Origin: a virus
Length of the DNA stretch: 64,000 nucleotides
IMG/VR virus record: IMGVR_UViG_3300045988_183673
Direction: 5' to 3' (one strand)
The notes under the pieces were generated by a model. It searched no databases. It was given only the letters and a program-made list of their open reading frames with translations, and was not told the DNA's origin. Shown one piece after another: positions 1 through 7,637 of the stretch (position 1 is its first letter; the number at the start of each line of letters is the position of its first letter). A program made the position numbers and the translations under genes.

Positions 1-13
1 TACGAATACTCCA

Positions 14-89
14 TGGAGCTTCTGACAGGACTCGAACCTGCAACCTGCTGATTACAAATCAGCTGCACTGCCAATTGTGCTACGGAAGC
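14..89 (-). tRNA. tRNA-Thr (anticodon UGU)
   Basis: The reverse complement folds as a 76-nt cloverleaf. Acceptor GCTTCCG/CAGAAGC (one C-A mismatch), D-arm GCAC/GTGC, anticodon arm GCTGA-TTTGTAA-TCAGC (U33, anticodon TGT, A37), T-arm GCAGG-TTCGAGT-CCTGT, encoded 3' CCA. Confidence 0.8.
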
Positions 90-154
90 ATGATGGCAGT
101 AAGAATACTGCCGCTGTTATGGAAAAGGATAGGAGAAGCGTTTTGTAAACGCCT

Positions 155-229
155 TGGTGACCTGTACGGGAATCGAACCCATGTTACAGCCGTGAAAGGG
201 CCGTGTCTTGACCGCTTGACCAACAGGCC
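155..229 (-). tRNA. tRNA-Glu (anticodon UUC)
   Basis: The reverse complement reads GGCCTGT-TG-GTC..GAC-A-CGGCC-CTTTCAC-GGCTG-TAAC-ATGGG-TTCGATT-CCCGT-ACAGGTC-A-CCA. This is a 75-nt cloverleaf with a canonical T-loop and anticodon TTC. Confidence 0.8.
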
Positions 230-342
230 ATATAAAGACAGACTTTTTCCCGTCTGTCATGGGTGCATGCAGCCTTTTACACTGCACATGCCGTCTTGCT
301 GCACAAATGCAGCAGTTACGTTTGGAAGGCTTGCAAGGTGTT

Positions 343-370
343 GAGTAAAAATGCTCGGGCCTTAAACCGA
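343..370 (-). terminator. Intrinsic terminator-like hairpin (CTCGG-TTTAAGGC-CCGAG followed by CAUUUUUAC on the minus strand)
   Basis: Inverted repeat and T-run read directly from the sequence. It sits at the 3' end of the ORF-less transcribed segment downstream of the promoter at 498-526. Confidence 0.45.
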
Positions 371-490
371 GGGCGGGGACTCAACCCTTGATTTCTCGCA
401 GCATGAGGTTGTGAAAGGAAATTCCCCGCCTCTACACGACTCTCCTAACAGGAAGCGCGATAACAACAAGGGAAGCGTTCCTCATTGCTA
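371..490 (-). ncRNA. Candidate small structured RNA (no ORF with an RBS). Long-range stem AGAGGCGGGGA...TCCCCGCCCTC encloses about 45 nt. Transcribed from the 498-526 promoter toward the tRNA pair.
   Basis: Strong promoter, then about 120 nt of GC-rich inverted repeats, then a terminator hairpin. It does not fold as a tRNA cloverleaf. Only a 17-codon ORF without an SD is present. Confidence 0.3.
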
Positions 491-497
491 TACTTAT

Positions 498-526
498 ATT
501 ATACCATAAAATCATTAGGTAGTCAA
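498..526 (-). promoter_or_regulatory. Sigma-A-type promoter, TTGACT-17-TATAAT with extended -10 (TGGTATAAT)
   Basis: The minus strand reads TTGACTACCTAATGATTTTATGGTATAAT, with perfect hexamers and 17-bp spacing. Confidence 0.6.
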
Positions 527-938
527 TCATAAATTTTCGAAGATTAAATCTCTGTTTGGTTCGTCTCGCAAAGGGGCTCTGGCGGCAGACATATAATATA
601 CCCGCAAGCAAAAACAGCCGAAATGCACACTAACTTCAGGATATCGACTATGATACTTTCGTCAGAATACATCCTTTCGCTCTGCGTTATCCGCATAAGA
701 AATACTTCCAGATAAACAATCGATAACCAGAAGAATGTGGCACAAAAGAGCTTGATTTTGCGTTTGGTTATAAAATGGATACCGTCTTTATCATTTCGTT
801 TGATTGTTAATGGTTTTGTAGATACAACACTACATTTTCCTTGTTTGAGTAAGATTCTGGCAGTGAAAGCCAAGCACGGGAAAAGGTGTTTTCCATCCTT
901 TCCCACTACTCGGACCAAAAACTTGGCTTTCATGACGA

Positions 939-1622
939 TTACCCGTTGATAGCTTTCAGCACATCATCAGCAAGGAACCCGGAGGAATCGTCAACGTCAG
1001 TAGCATCATTCACTCCGAACGATGCAGCAAACTCATCCTTTACCGGAGCGCTCTTCTCGGCTGTTTTCTTCTTCACTACAGGCGTGGGCGCGATGAGTTC
1101 ATCGATTACGGAAGAGACATTGGACGCGTCAACGGGAGAAACTTCCTCTGCGGGGTTTGCGCCCAACGCAGGGAGATTATCCTCTTTAATGCTGGGAATG
1201 TATCCCGTCTTTACGGAACAGTCAATCTGTGCGCCCGTCTCCACCGCAATGGACTGGCAATGAATGTACTGTCCGCTCACGACACTGTCTTTTCGAACGA
1301 TGACCTTATCTCCATCGACGGAGCCACCAACAGTGCCATCGATGTCAACAACGCTGTCTGCGACAATGCTGCCGTTCACGCTGCCCTTGCTCATATACAC
1401 CATCTTGGCTTTGACATTGCCGTCGACATGAGCACCGTGCAGGACGAGCATACCGTCAATAACGACGTTACCCATGACAGTGCCGCGAATCTCGATGTTG
1501 CCACTGGACTCAAAATCGCCATTTAGTTTGGAATTCTCGCTGATGACATCCGAGACAGCATCTCGTGCATCAGCGGTTTCCTGAACAGTGCCATTAAACA
1601 TACTCTCAATATCCTGATTCAT
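939..1622 (-). CDS. Bactofilin-like protein (repetitive beta-helix G-x-V-x-G pattern) with an acidic/Pro-rich C-terminal tail
   Basis: The sequence IEIRGTVMGNVVIDGMLVLHGAHVDGNVKAKMVYMSKGSVNGSIVADSVVDIDGTVGGSVDGDKVIV matches the periodic bactofilin (DUF583) pattern. RBS AAGGAG 7 nt before the ATG at 1622. Confidence 0.5.
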   Translation of the reverse strand: MNQDIESMFNGTVQETADARDAVSDVISENSKLNGDFESSGNIEIRGTVMGNVVIDGMLVLHGAHVDGNVKAKMVYMSKGSVNGSIVADSVVDIDGTVGGSVDGDKVIVRKDSVVSGQYIHCQSIAVETGAQIDCSVKTGYIPSIKEDNLPALGANPAEEVSPVDASNVSSVIDELIAPTPVVKKKTAEKSAPVKDEFAASFGVNDATDVDDSSGFLADDVLKAING

Positions 1623-1648
1623 ACAAAATCTCCTTAACTATGTGTGTT

Positions 1649-2161
1649 TTAATTATTATACTCTTCGCTCGAAAGCTCTTCCATACCGTTTTGCCGCAGC
1701 TTTTCGTACTCAACAGGACTGATTTCCTGAATGTCGTACGCATCAAGCCCGGTATTTTCTTTATAGGTATTGAACAGTTCCGAACGAATCGTTTCCTTTA
1801 TCTGACGATTAACCAGCAATGGATTTTTGCCCAAGTTTACAGAAAACAGAGCATCCGTTCTAAAGTCGATTTGCATATCCTTTACGCTTAGAGCAACAAC
1901 CCTGTAATAAAGATTGTGCCAGCTATGGATTTCGCCGCCCTCGACAATTTTCATATCCAGATTTTGTTCGGGGACAAAATCGATGCTTTCCAGCGTGTAA
2001 TCGTCTCCCCATTTTTGCAGCAGCTCGTCCTTCAATGATTCAAGAAGCTGCTCCGCTTTTTCATCGGTCATCGCTTCCGGGTGATGGATGGTAATCGCCA
2101 TATTCTGTTTTACACGATTCCCATCCTTATCAAGAAGCCATGCCTGCACGTATAATTGCAT
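1649..2161 (-). CDS. Hypothetical protein (170 aa)
   Basis: RBS GGAGG 7 nt upstream of the ATG. A canonical promoter lies at 2189-2217 and an upstream terminator at 2221-2251. Confidence 0.6.
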   Translation of the reverse strand: MQLYVQAWLLDKDGNRVKQNMAITIHHPEAMTDEKAEQLLESLKDELLQKWGDDYTLESIDFVPEQNLDMKIVEGGEIHSWHNLYYRVVALSVKDMQIDFRTDALFSVNLGKNPLLVNRQIKETIRSELFNTYKENTGLDAYDIQEISPVEYEKLRQNGMEELSSEEYNN

Positions 2162-2188
2162 TTCATTCCTCCCTCATTCGTATATTCT

Positions 2189-2217
2189 TATTATACCACA
2201 AATAGAGTAAATAGTCA
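2189..2217 (-). promoter_or_regulatory. Sigma-A-type promoter, TTGACT-17-TATAAT (extended -10 TGGTATAAT)
   Basis: Minus strand TTGACTATTTACTCTATTTGTGGTATAAT. Confidence 0.65.
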
Positions 2218-2220
2218 AAC

Positions 2221-2251
2221 AAAAAAGGCCCACAGCGCAAAGCTGTGGGCC
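2221..2251 (-). terminator. Rho-independent terminator (GGCCCACAGC-gcaaa-GCTGTGGGCC plus T6 on the minus strand)
   Basis: Perfect 10-bp stem. The U-run follows on the minus strand immediately after the stop of the 2261..4207 gene. Confidence 0.75.
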
Positions 2252-2260
2252 AATTTATTT

Positions 2261-4207
2261 TTAGACCAGTTTGCGAATTACTTCGCGAACCTTATTGATG
2301 CCTTCTTCGTCTGCTGTTGCAGAAGGAATGATGGTCATCTCTGCAGATTCCATATAGCTGCCTGTAATCATGTAGCTGCTAATCCAATCCGCCAGCGTAC
2401 GCAGGTCGACTGAACCATCCGTCAGATACAAGGTCTTCAGGGTGTTCAGTACAGCGTGGTATGCTTTCAGAATCTGAGGAACCCTGACGCTCTTCGGGCA
2501 GCCAGTCATAGAACGCAAACGCTCTGCGAGAATGGTATCCTCGGGCGCATGGATGTCCATTTTAATCTGGAAACGAGACAAAACGGACTGGTTCATATCC
2601 CGGCAACCCTCATAGGAGATGTTTGTAGTAGCAATGATAACGGCATCGGGATGGCGGCGAATCGTTTCACCGGTAGGAAGGTTTACGGCGCTGGTAGAAT
2701 CCAGCAAACCATTCAAACCGACAAGAACACCGGGCTTTGCAATGACGGTGGGTTCCTGAATCTCGCAGACCCAACCATTACGAATGGCCTGAATCAGAGG
2801 AGACTCAACATAGTGGAACCCATTCGCGCCGGAATCCGCACCGCCTGCCGCTGCACGCTGAATAATTGCAGCAAGACAATCGGCTTCTGTCGCATCGCGT
2901 TTTTTCTTGCCAGTGATAGCCTTGTACGCCATTTCGGGGTCATTGGAAATGTCCGTTGCGGTAGGCAGAGCGTTCAAGTCCAAATCGCCATAGGCATTCT
3001 GATACTCGTCAATGCTCATAGGCGTCTCGTTCGGCTTATTGGGCATCATCTGGCCGAGCAGGTCATAGATTTCCGTATCGCTCGAACAGGTAACAAACAC
3101 ATAAGGCAAGCCGAGACCGAGAGCAATATCCTTTGCGGTTTCCGTTTTACCGGTACCGGCCTCACCGCGCAGCAGAATGTTGCGGATGGGACGAGGCGTC
3201 TTGGAACTCTTCTGGATATGTTTGCAAAGCGAATAGGCTTCTACGCCGGGAATGTGCGAATCAGGAACGATAAGCAGTGCCTTCTCCGTATCAGTCAAAA
3301 CGCGCTTCTTATTGAGAAGGAACGCTTTTTCCAAGTCTGCGGCAGTTTTAGGCTTCTCAGACTCGGGTTCCGGCTCAGAAACAGCCATATCCTTGCCACG
3401 ACTATCCTTGAAAGGAGAAATGTTGCCGATAAAGGCGGTGGGGGCGGCTGCATCCGTGGCAACCAGAGTATCGTACAGACCGCCAACACTGTTGACAGTA
3501 GGATTGGGAATCACTCTGGACTCCAATTTGGAGTTTGCAACCTTATCTCTCGTGCTCATGAAGTAGGCAATATCTGCCAGCTTACATGCGCATTTTTTTG
3601 CTGCATCCACGTCATTTTTATTCACACTGGGCGTACTGGCCTTTGCAATAATTCTCTTGTAAAAAACAAGAAGTTTATTAAAGGTGTCGTGAAATTCCTT
3701 ATCCTGCATGTAGTAACCCCACATACAAAACAGGAAAGGCTCGCTGTAAACTTTAAGCGTTTTCTGGACATCAGCAAGACTCTTCGCATTCCCTTTCTCA
3801 TCACCAAGAAAAAATTTATTCGAGGAGAATTTGTAGAGGATGGAGAGCCGTGTTCCGAAACCGATTTTCTGAGAGTTGTATGTCGAGGAAACGGTATAAG
3901 CAGCAACACAGGTCTGATTGTCGATATCAGCGGTATTGTTGTAGCCGTAACCGTCACCACACATAGGCCATGTATGAACCTGCAAAGCACGGTTCAACGC
4001 TTTAGCAAAACCTGCGGTCATCATACCAGAGTTCGTGGGCATCTTCTTGTTGCCATTCGAGTAGTACAAGGAGCGGCGTGCAATCGCCGCAGTCTCGTCG
4101 TTGAAGGAACCGTAGTTCCCGGTGTATAAATCGCGGTCATTCAGAAAATCCACAAGACCATTGATGGGCAAGGAAGTGTTTCTGTGAAAATGAAAAATGC
4201 AATCCAT
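2261..4207 (-). CDS. AAA+ ATPase (AAA_5/MoxR-GvpN-like C-terminal half) with an N-terminal domain of unknown function
   Basis: Walker A LLRGEAGTGKTETAKDIALGLGLPYVFVTCS, hhhhE Walker B-like GWVCEIQE, sensor DAVIIATTN. Confidence 0.65.
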   Translation of the reverse strand: MDCIFHFHRNTSLPINGLVDFLNDRDLYTGNYGSFNDETAAIARRSLYYSNGNKKMPTNSGMMTAGFAKALNRALQVHTWPMCGDGYGYNNTADIDNQTCVAAYTVSSTYNSQKIGFGTRLSILYKFSSNKFFLGDEKGNAKSLADVQKTLKVYSEPFLFCMWGYYMQDKEFHDTFNKLLVFYKRIIAKASTPSVNKNDVDAAKKCACKLADIAYFMSTRDKVANSKLESRVIPNPTVNSVGGLYDTLVATDAAAPTAFIGNISPFKDSRGKDMAVSEPEPESEKPKTAADLEKAFLLNKKRVLTDTEKALLIVPDSHIPGVEAYSLCKHIQKSSKTPRPIRNILLRGEAGTGKTETAKDIALGLGLPYVFVTCSSDTEIYDLLGQMMPNKPNETPMSIDEYQNAYGDLDLNALPTATDISNDPEMAYKAITGKKKRDATEADCLAAIIQRAAAGGADSGANGFHYVESPLIQAIRNGWVCEIQEPTVIAKPGVLVGLNGLLDSTSAVNLPTGETIRRHPDAVIIATTNISYEGCRDMNQSVLSRFQIKMDIHAPEDTILAERLRSMTGCPKSVRVPQILKAYHAVLNTLKTLYLTDGSVDLRTLADWISSYMITGSYMESAEMTIIPSATADEEGINKVREVIRKLV

Positions 4208-4323
4208 GTTTTATTCCTTTCTGTAAGTAAAGGTTCCGTTAGAAACCAAGAGCGGGGGTAGAGGATTTTATTCCCCTATCCCCGCAGTATTTAATTTACC
4301 GTGTTATTTTGATTGTGCCTTAC

Positions 4324-4950
4324 TTAGAACGGCAGGTCATCGCTGTCCTCCAGCAGTTCCATATCGTCGTTCATAGACGGGGCCTGGAATGCAGGCTGAG
4401 GAGCGGCGGCAGCATGACTGGGAGCAGCGGATGCGGCAGGTGCAGCACCGCCACCGACATTGTCGCGCAGAGCAATGGGGGTGTTCTCCTTCTTTGCCCA
4501 GCGAGAAATGTCCAGCGTAGAAACATAAACGGTCGGGTTGCGATACGTTTTACCGTCGCGACCGGTGGTTTCACGAATCTCAGACAGACCAGTCAGGGTG
4601 AGTTCGGTGCCGGAACGCAGCATACCCTTGCGAAGCATGTTCGCGTAACGAGTAGCGGCGCTGCCGGAAATCATCAGCGTGTAGAACAGGCCAGCGCCGT
4701 CTTCCTTGTCAGACAGACCGGCGTAATGAGCTGCCTTATCGGCATAGTCCGCCACCACAGGAATGGTGACAAACTCCTTGCCGCTCTTGTTCATGCCAAT
4801 ATAGGCCGTACCCTTCGGGTTCAGGCGTGCAATGGCACAAACAAAGCGAGAGTTGGGGTTCTTGTTCAGTCGGTCAGACAAATACTGAAGGCCCTTGCTG
4901 TCAATAGAAGACATGGGCATGTTGAAACGGGTATTATTAGTGTTATCCAT
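4324..4950 (-). CDS. ssb: Single-stranded DNA-binding protein
   Basis: OB-fold-like N-terminus, a Gly/Ala/Pro-rich linker, and the acidic C-terminal tail ...MELLEDSDDLPF typical of SSB. Start set at MDNTNN (RBS GGAG 6 nt upstream). The ORF track begins 19 codons earlier. Confidence 0.8.
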   Translation of the reverse strand: MDNTNNTRFNMPMSSIDSKGLQYLSDRLNKNPNSRFVCAIARLNPKGTAYIGMNKSGKEFVTIPVVADYADKAAHYAGLSDKEDGAGLFYTLMISGSAATRYANMLRKGMLRSGTELTLTGLSEIRETTGRDGKTYRNPTVYVSTLDISRWAKKENTPIALRDNVGGGAAPAASAAPSHAAAAPQPAFQAPSMNDDMELLEDSDDLPF

Positions 4951-5009
4951 AACGTACTCCTTTTTTAAATAAAAAATGTTTCTTGTACGATTAAGAGAAA
5001 AAGCCACTC

Positions 5010-5040
5010 CTTTAATGTTAATAAAAGAGTGACCACGCTT
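5010..5040 (-). terminator. Leader hairpin plus U-run (GTCACTC..GAGTGGC-TTTTTCTC) between the box at 5046-5090 and the ssb start
   Basis: Inverted repeat read from the sequence. Same relative position as the conserved leader hairpins elsewhere. Confidence 0.4.
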
Positions 5041-5045
5041 TTTAT

Positions 5046-5090
5046 TTATCGTACTACTAATATAGTATTAACTTTGCAGCAACTTGCAAT
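5046..5090 (-). promoter_or_regulatory. TTGCTGCAAAGT-box promoter-like element (copy 1 of 12), upstream of ssb
   Basis: Minus strand TTGCAAGTTGCTGCAAAGTTAATACTATATTAG. Conserved core TTGCTGCAAAGT, then TACTAT about 4 nt downstream. Confidence 0.45.
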
Positions 5091-5130
5091 ACCTTTGTAG
5101 CCACTACAGCTATTTTAATTGGGCATTTGC

Positions 5131-5294
5131 ATTTCAATCTAACGCAACCCGTGTGGGTTGCAACGCATCCCATCGTCCTCATTCTTGATTTTATTTCAAT
5201 CTAACGCAACCCGTGTGGGTTGCAACACGACCTTTTCAATCAGGTACAGATTATGATGCAATTTCAATCTAACGCAACCCACACGGGTTGCAAC
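5131..5294 (-). CRISPR. CRISPR-like mini-array A. Three 34-nt repeats (5131-5164, 5193-5226, 5261-5294); unique spacers of 28 and 34 nt.
   Basis: Minus-strand repeat GTTGCAACCC-ACAC-GGGTTGC-GTTAGATTGAAAT (7-bp stem, 4-nt loop, ...ATTGAAAT 3' end as in type I-C repeats). In repeat 3 the loop is inverted (GTGT vs ACAC). No cas genes in the window. Confidence 0.5.
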
Positions 5295-5460
5295 AGCAAA
5301 CTTGTACAAACGAAACAACAAGTTGTCGTGCATTTTGCACAATGTTTGTCTGCTTTTTGACCAAACAATATGGTCAGATACTACTTACTGCAATGGAATC
5401 ATATCCTTTCTTTATAATATTTGGTGCGAAGCAATCGGCAAAACTATGCTCACTTATCAT
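5295..5460 (-). repeat. Leader-like segment, copy 1 (about 165 nt, roughly 85% identical to 6200-6350). Contains a TTGC(C/T)G-16-TATTATAAAG promoter-like motif and short palindromes.
   Basis: Direct duplication seen by eye. Sits immediately on the 5' side of array A on the minus strand. The (+) ORFs 5288..5644 and 6193..6417 are artefacts of this duplication. Confidence 0.55.
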
Positions 5461-5476
5461 TCGCACCTGTAGCAAA

Positions 5477-5511
5477 CAAAAATACCGTCACCTCATAATG
5501 AGATGGCGGTA
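5477..5511 (-). terminator. Conserved accgccatctc-type hairpin plus U-run (copy)
   Basis: Minus strand ATACCGCCATCTC-attatgag-GTGACGGTAT-TTTTGTT. Downstream of the box at 5546-5590 and upstream of leader copy 1. Confidence 0.5.
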
Positions 5512-5545
5512 TGTTGATTTTGAATATTTGTTTGCTTTTATTTTT

Positions 5546-5590
5546 GGAATGTATTCAGTATACCTACTTTGCAGCAAATTGCAAGAGAAC
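5546..5590 (-). promoter_or_regulatory. TTGCTGCAAAGT-box (copy 2), pointing toward the leader of array A
   Basis: Minus strand TTGCTGCAAAGTAGGTATACTGAATAC. Confidence 0.45.
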
Positions 5591-5662
5591 GCCCCACAAG
5601 GGCTTATAATTTCGTTTTTTCTGGGGATACTATATCCATCTTAACTTGAGGAGTGGTTTTTT

Positions 5663-6019
5663 ATGGCTGATTTCCCTTATTTGACAAAAACGGAGAAGAT
5701 TGTCATGCGTATTTTTTGGCATGCCGATAAGCCATTGACTCAATTGGATGTAATGGAAATCGCCAGACAGCGCGGTGAAATGAAATGGAACCCGCATTAT
5801 ATCTTCCTTGTTTTGGACTCGTTGGAGAAAAAGGGTGTTTTAATTGAATCCGGACACACCCGTGTCGGGAAAGCGTATGCGCGATTGTTTGAACCAGTCA
5901 TAAGCCATGTTGAATATGTCGTCCTTTATGTTTTCGAAGTGCTCCACGACAATGAAATTGAGGAATTCCTTGCCGCATTTACTGCCAAAAAAGAGGAAAA
6001 AGAAAAGAGCCTGCATTAA
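5663..6019 (+). CDS. BlaI/MecI/CopY-family winged-helix transcriptional repressor (orphan, no BlaR1 partner in the window)
   Basis: EKIVMRIFWHADKPLTQLDVMEIARQRG...WNPHYIFLVLDSLEKKGVLIE matches the penicillinase-repressor fold signature. RBS GAGGAG 9 nt upstream of the ATG at 5663. A (+) terminator-like hairpin lies at 6008-6036. This is the only solid (+)-strand gene between 900 and 32,000. Confidence 0.7.
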   Translation: MADFPYLTKTEKIVMRIFWHADKPLTQLDVMEIARQRGEMKWNPHYIFLVLDSLEKKGVLIESGHTRVGKAYARLFEPVISHVEYVVLYVFEVLHDNEIEEFLAAFTAKKEEKEKSLH

Positions 6020-6028
6020 GCAGACTCT

Positions 6029-6199
6029 TTTTTGATTTAACGCAACCCATGCGGGCTGCAACCGCCAAAGTTTTACGCTGATTCGCTCACTGCACAATTT
6101 CAATCTAACACAACCCATAAGGGTTGCAACGGTTCATCTACGATGGCACACGCTGGGCCCCCGATATTTCAATCTAACACAACCCATGAGGGTTGCAAC
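6029..6199 (-). CRISPR. CRISPR-like mini-array B. Repeats at 6166-6199 and 6097-6130 plus a degenerate terminal repeat at about 6029-6062; spacers of 35 and 34 nt.
   Basis: Repeats read atttcaatctaacacaaccc-ataa/atga-gggttgcaac (+). They differ from array A by a stem SNP and the loop sequence. The terminal repeat has degenerated, as at the distal ends of CRISPR arrays. Confidence 0.45.
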
Positions 6200-6350
6200 A
6201 GCAAACTTGCACAAACAAAGCAACAAGTTGTTATGCATTTTGTACAATGCTTGTCTGTTTTTTGACTATGCACAATAGTCAAATATCATTTACTATAGCT
6301 ATATCATATCCTTTCTTTATAATACTTGGTACGAAGCGACCAGCAAATTG
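6200..6350 (-). repeat. Leader-like segment, copy 2 (paralogue of 5295-5460). Contains the perfect palindrome TTGACTAT-gcaca-ATAGTCAA.
   Basis: Aligned by eye to copy 1. The conserved blocks are caacagcaaacttg(t/c)acaaac..., gcattttg(c/t)acaatg, and catatcctttctttataata(t/c)ttggt(g/a)cgaagc. Confidence 0.55.
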
Positions 6351-6355
6351 CAATG

Positions 6356-6850
6356 TCATTTTCCAAAGAAACCAAGAACAATCCCATTCACAAAATCAAC
6401 CAGAGGCTTATTGCTAATCACGCCAAGCAGCATCAGCGCAAATACGATTGCACCTGCGATTAAAACAATACGAAGGATTATAAATATAGGAAGACAGATT
6501 CGCCAATAGTATCCGCGTATCAGCCACAACCCACCATAGTTGCTTTTCAATCTATTGCAACGTTGACATGAGGGCACAAGGTTCTTTATGGAGTTGACTC
6601 CCTCTTTGGGTAATAGTCTTCTTGCAAGCCAATTCTTCTTCGCCATATCAACAGATATGATATGGTCTACTTGCATTTTGTCTGTATGGATTCGCCGCCC
6701 ACAATATACGCAATGATAATAGTTTCCGGGTTCGGGCGGCCAGTGTCTTATGAATTCTGTTCTGTAGTTTGTTGAACGAGTATATTTATCAGGAACGCGC
6801 AAAAACATCTTGCATCCAGTGATAGTGCTTATTCTTTGTTTCAAAAACAA
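6356..6850 (-). CDS. HNH endonuclease with a C-terminal transmembrane segment
   Basis: YHCVYCGRRI...MQVDHIISV...NLVPSCQRCNRLK gives the CxxC/H-N-H/CxxC motif. Hydrophobic C-terminus. The start may be internal (MFLRV, 6808), since the ORF overlaps the upstream gene. Confidence 0.7.
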   Translation of the reverse strand: MFLKQRISTITGCKMFLRVPDKYTRSTNYRTEFIRHWPPEPGNYYHCVYCGRRIHTDKMQVDHIISVDMAKKNWLARRLLPKEGVNSIKNLVPSCQRCNRLKSNYGGLWLIRGYYWRICLPIFIILRIVLIAGAIVFALMLLGVISNKPLVDFVNGIVLGFFGK

Positions 6851-7610
6851 AAGAAGATAGAAAGGTGTACTGTTTCAAAACCTCAGATGACTGAATGCCA
6901 TACTGTTCCCCGATATCATAAACCACAACGGTTTTCTTGTCGTGCAATCCGCGTTTCCGCTCATCTTCCTCCTGATTTGCCAGAGTAATAAGATGACGGA
7001 TGGGAACGAGAAGTCCGGTCCCATGATAGATGACATTCTTATTCTGTCCGTCTTTCCCGCCATAATTATCATTTGATGCCATGTAATCATAGGGGTAATC
7101 TTCCGTACACAGAATCTCGCGGCCCTGACTATCAACGCAGCGCCTTGCTGCCTCTCCCATATGATAATTATGGAGCCACTCGATAAAATCAAGGCGATTG
7201 ATACGGAAGATTTGATTGGTAGCCGGATAATAATAGAAGATGAATTTTGCCTTAGAGCCGTACAGCCAGCCAATCTTGGTCGATGCACTTTTCACATGAT
7301 AACCCTGCTTAACAAGCGTTACGACTTCCGTCTCAACATAAACGTTCCCCGAATCATTGAGGTCAGTCTTAACCTCAATAAGCCAAGACGACTGTTTAGC
7401 GGCAGGAATAGGATTCCCTTCACTGTTTTTTACTTGCCGAACACGGAAATCGACATCTTTGTCTTGGAATACCGCATCATCTCTCAGGTCATCAATTTCG
7501 CACTGCGGGGAATTTCCATAAATTTTCAAAAATAGATTTTCCCCGATTTTCCCGACCATCATCTGACTCTTCATATCAAAATGGTCATCATTATTGAACT
7601 CATAAGCCAT
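6789..7610 (-). CDS. Hypothetical protein (about 273 aa)
   Basis: Long ORF with RBS GGAAAGGA upstream of the ATG at 7610 (GTG alternative at 7619). Confidence 0.55.
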   Translation of the reverse strand: MAYEFNNDDHFDMKSQMMVGKIGENLFLKIYGNSPQCEIDDLRDDAVFQDKDVDFRVRQVKNSEGNPIPAAKQSSWLIEVKTDLNDSGNVYVETEVVTLVKQGYHVKSASTKIGWLYGSKAKFIFYYYPATNQIFRINRLDFIEWLHNYHMGEAARRCVDSQGREILCTEDYPYDYMASNDNYGGKDGQNKNVIYHGTGLLVPIRHLITLANQEEDERKRGLHDKKTVVVYDIGEQYGIQSSEVLKQYTFLSSFVFETKNKHYHWMQDVFARS

Positions 7611-7637
7611 GGGAATCACATCCTTTCCAATGTATCT

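Noticed and set aside
75-344. ORF 75..344 (+), 89 aa
   Set aside because: It lies over two well-folded tRNA genes on the opposite strand. It has no RBS. It is an artefact.
350-450. Possible third tRNA (GGGTTGAGTCCCC resembles a T-loop)
   Set aside because: No acceptor/D/anticodon arrangement could be folded. The segment is only about 64 nt between the complementary arms. It is kept only as a structured-RNA candidate.
939-1622. Possibility that the Gly/Val-repeat protein is a phage tail-fibre or collagen-like fragment
   Set aside because: The periodic hydrophobic/Gly pattern (V-x-G-x-V...) over about 100 aa, with an unstructured acidic tail, fits the bactofilin beta-helix better than a Gly-X-Y collagen or a fibre repeat. 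It is kept at moderate confidence only.
2456-4129. Long (+)-strand ORFs antisense to minus-strand genes (2456..4129, 15765..16907, 21148..22029, 29489..30691, 47607..48647, 49511..50782, 52342..58980, 59134..60432)
   Set aside because: They are antisense to genes with clear domains and RBSs. They have no SD of their own. Their products are low-complexity, rich in Arg/Cys/Gly/Leu/Val. The 2212-aa ORF opposite the giant MBG gene mirrors that gene's repeat periodicity.
2261-4207. SecA-like motor for the secY paralogue (the 648-aa ATPase)
   Set aside because: The Walker A context and size fit an AAA_5/MoxR-type ATPase. They do not fit the DEAD-like SecA nucleotide-binding folds. No SecA2 candidate is present in the window.
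5131-6199. Interpretation of the 34-nt repeats as replication-origin iterons or operator sites of the BlaI-like repressor
   Set aside because: Not excluded. It is ranked below the CRISPR-like interpretation because each unit has a hairpin core plus the ATTGAAAT tail, regular unique spacers of 28-35 nt, adjacent leader-like duplications, and a degenerate terminal repeat.
5288-6417. (+)-strand ORFs 5288..5644 and 6193..6417 with nearly identical N-termini (MQQQTCTN...)
   Set aside because: Their similarity simply reflects the duplicated leader-like DNA segments. They have no RBS and run across the terminator-like hairpin and the box element.
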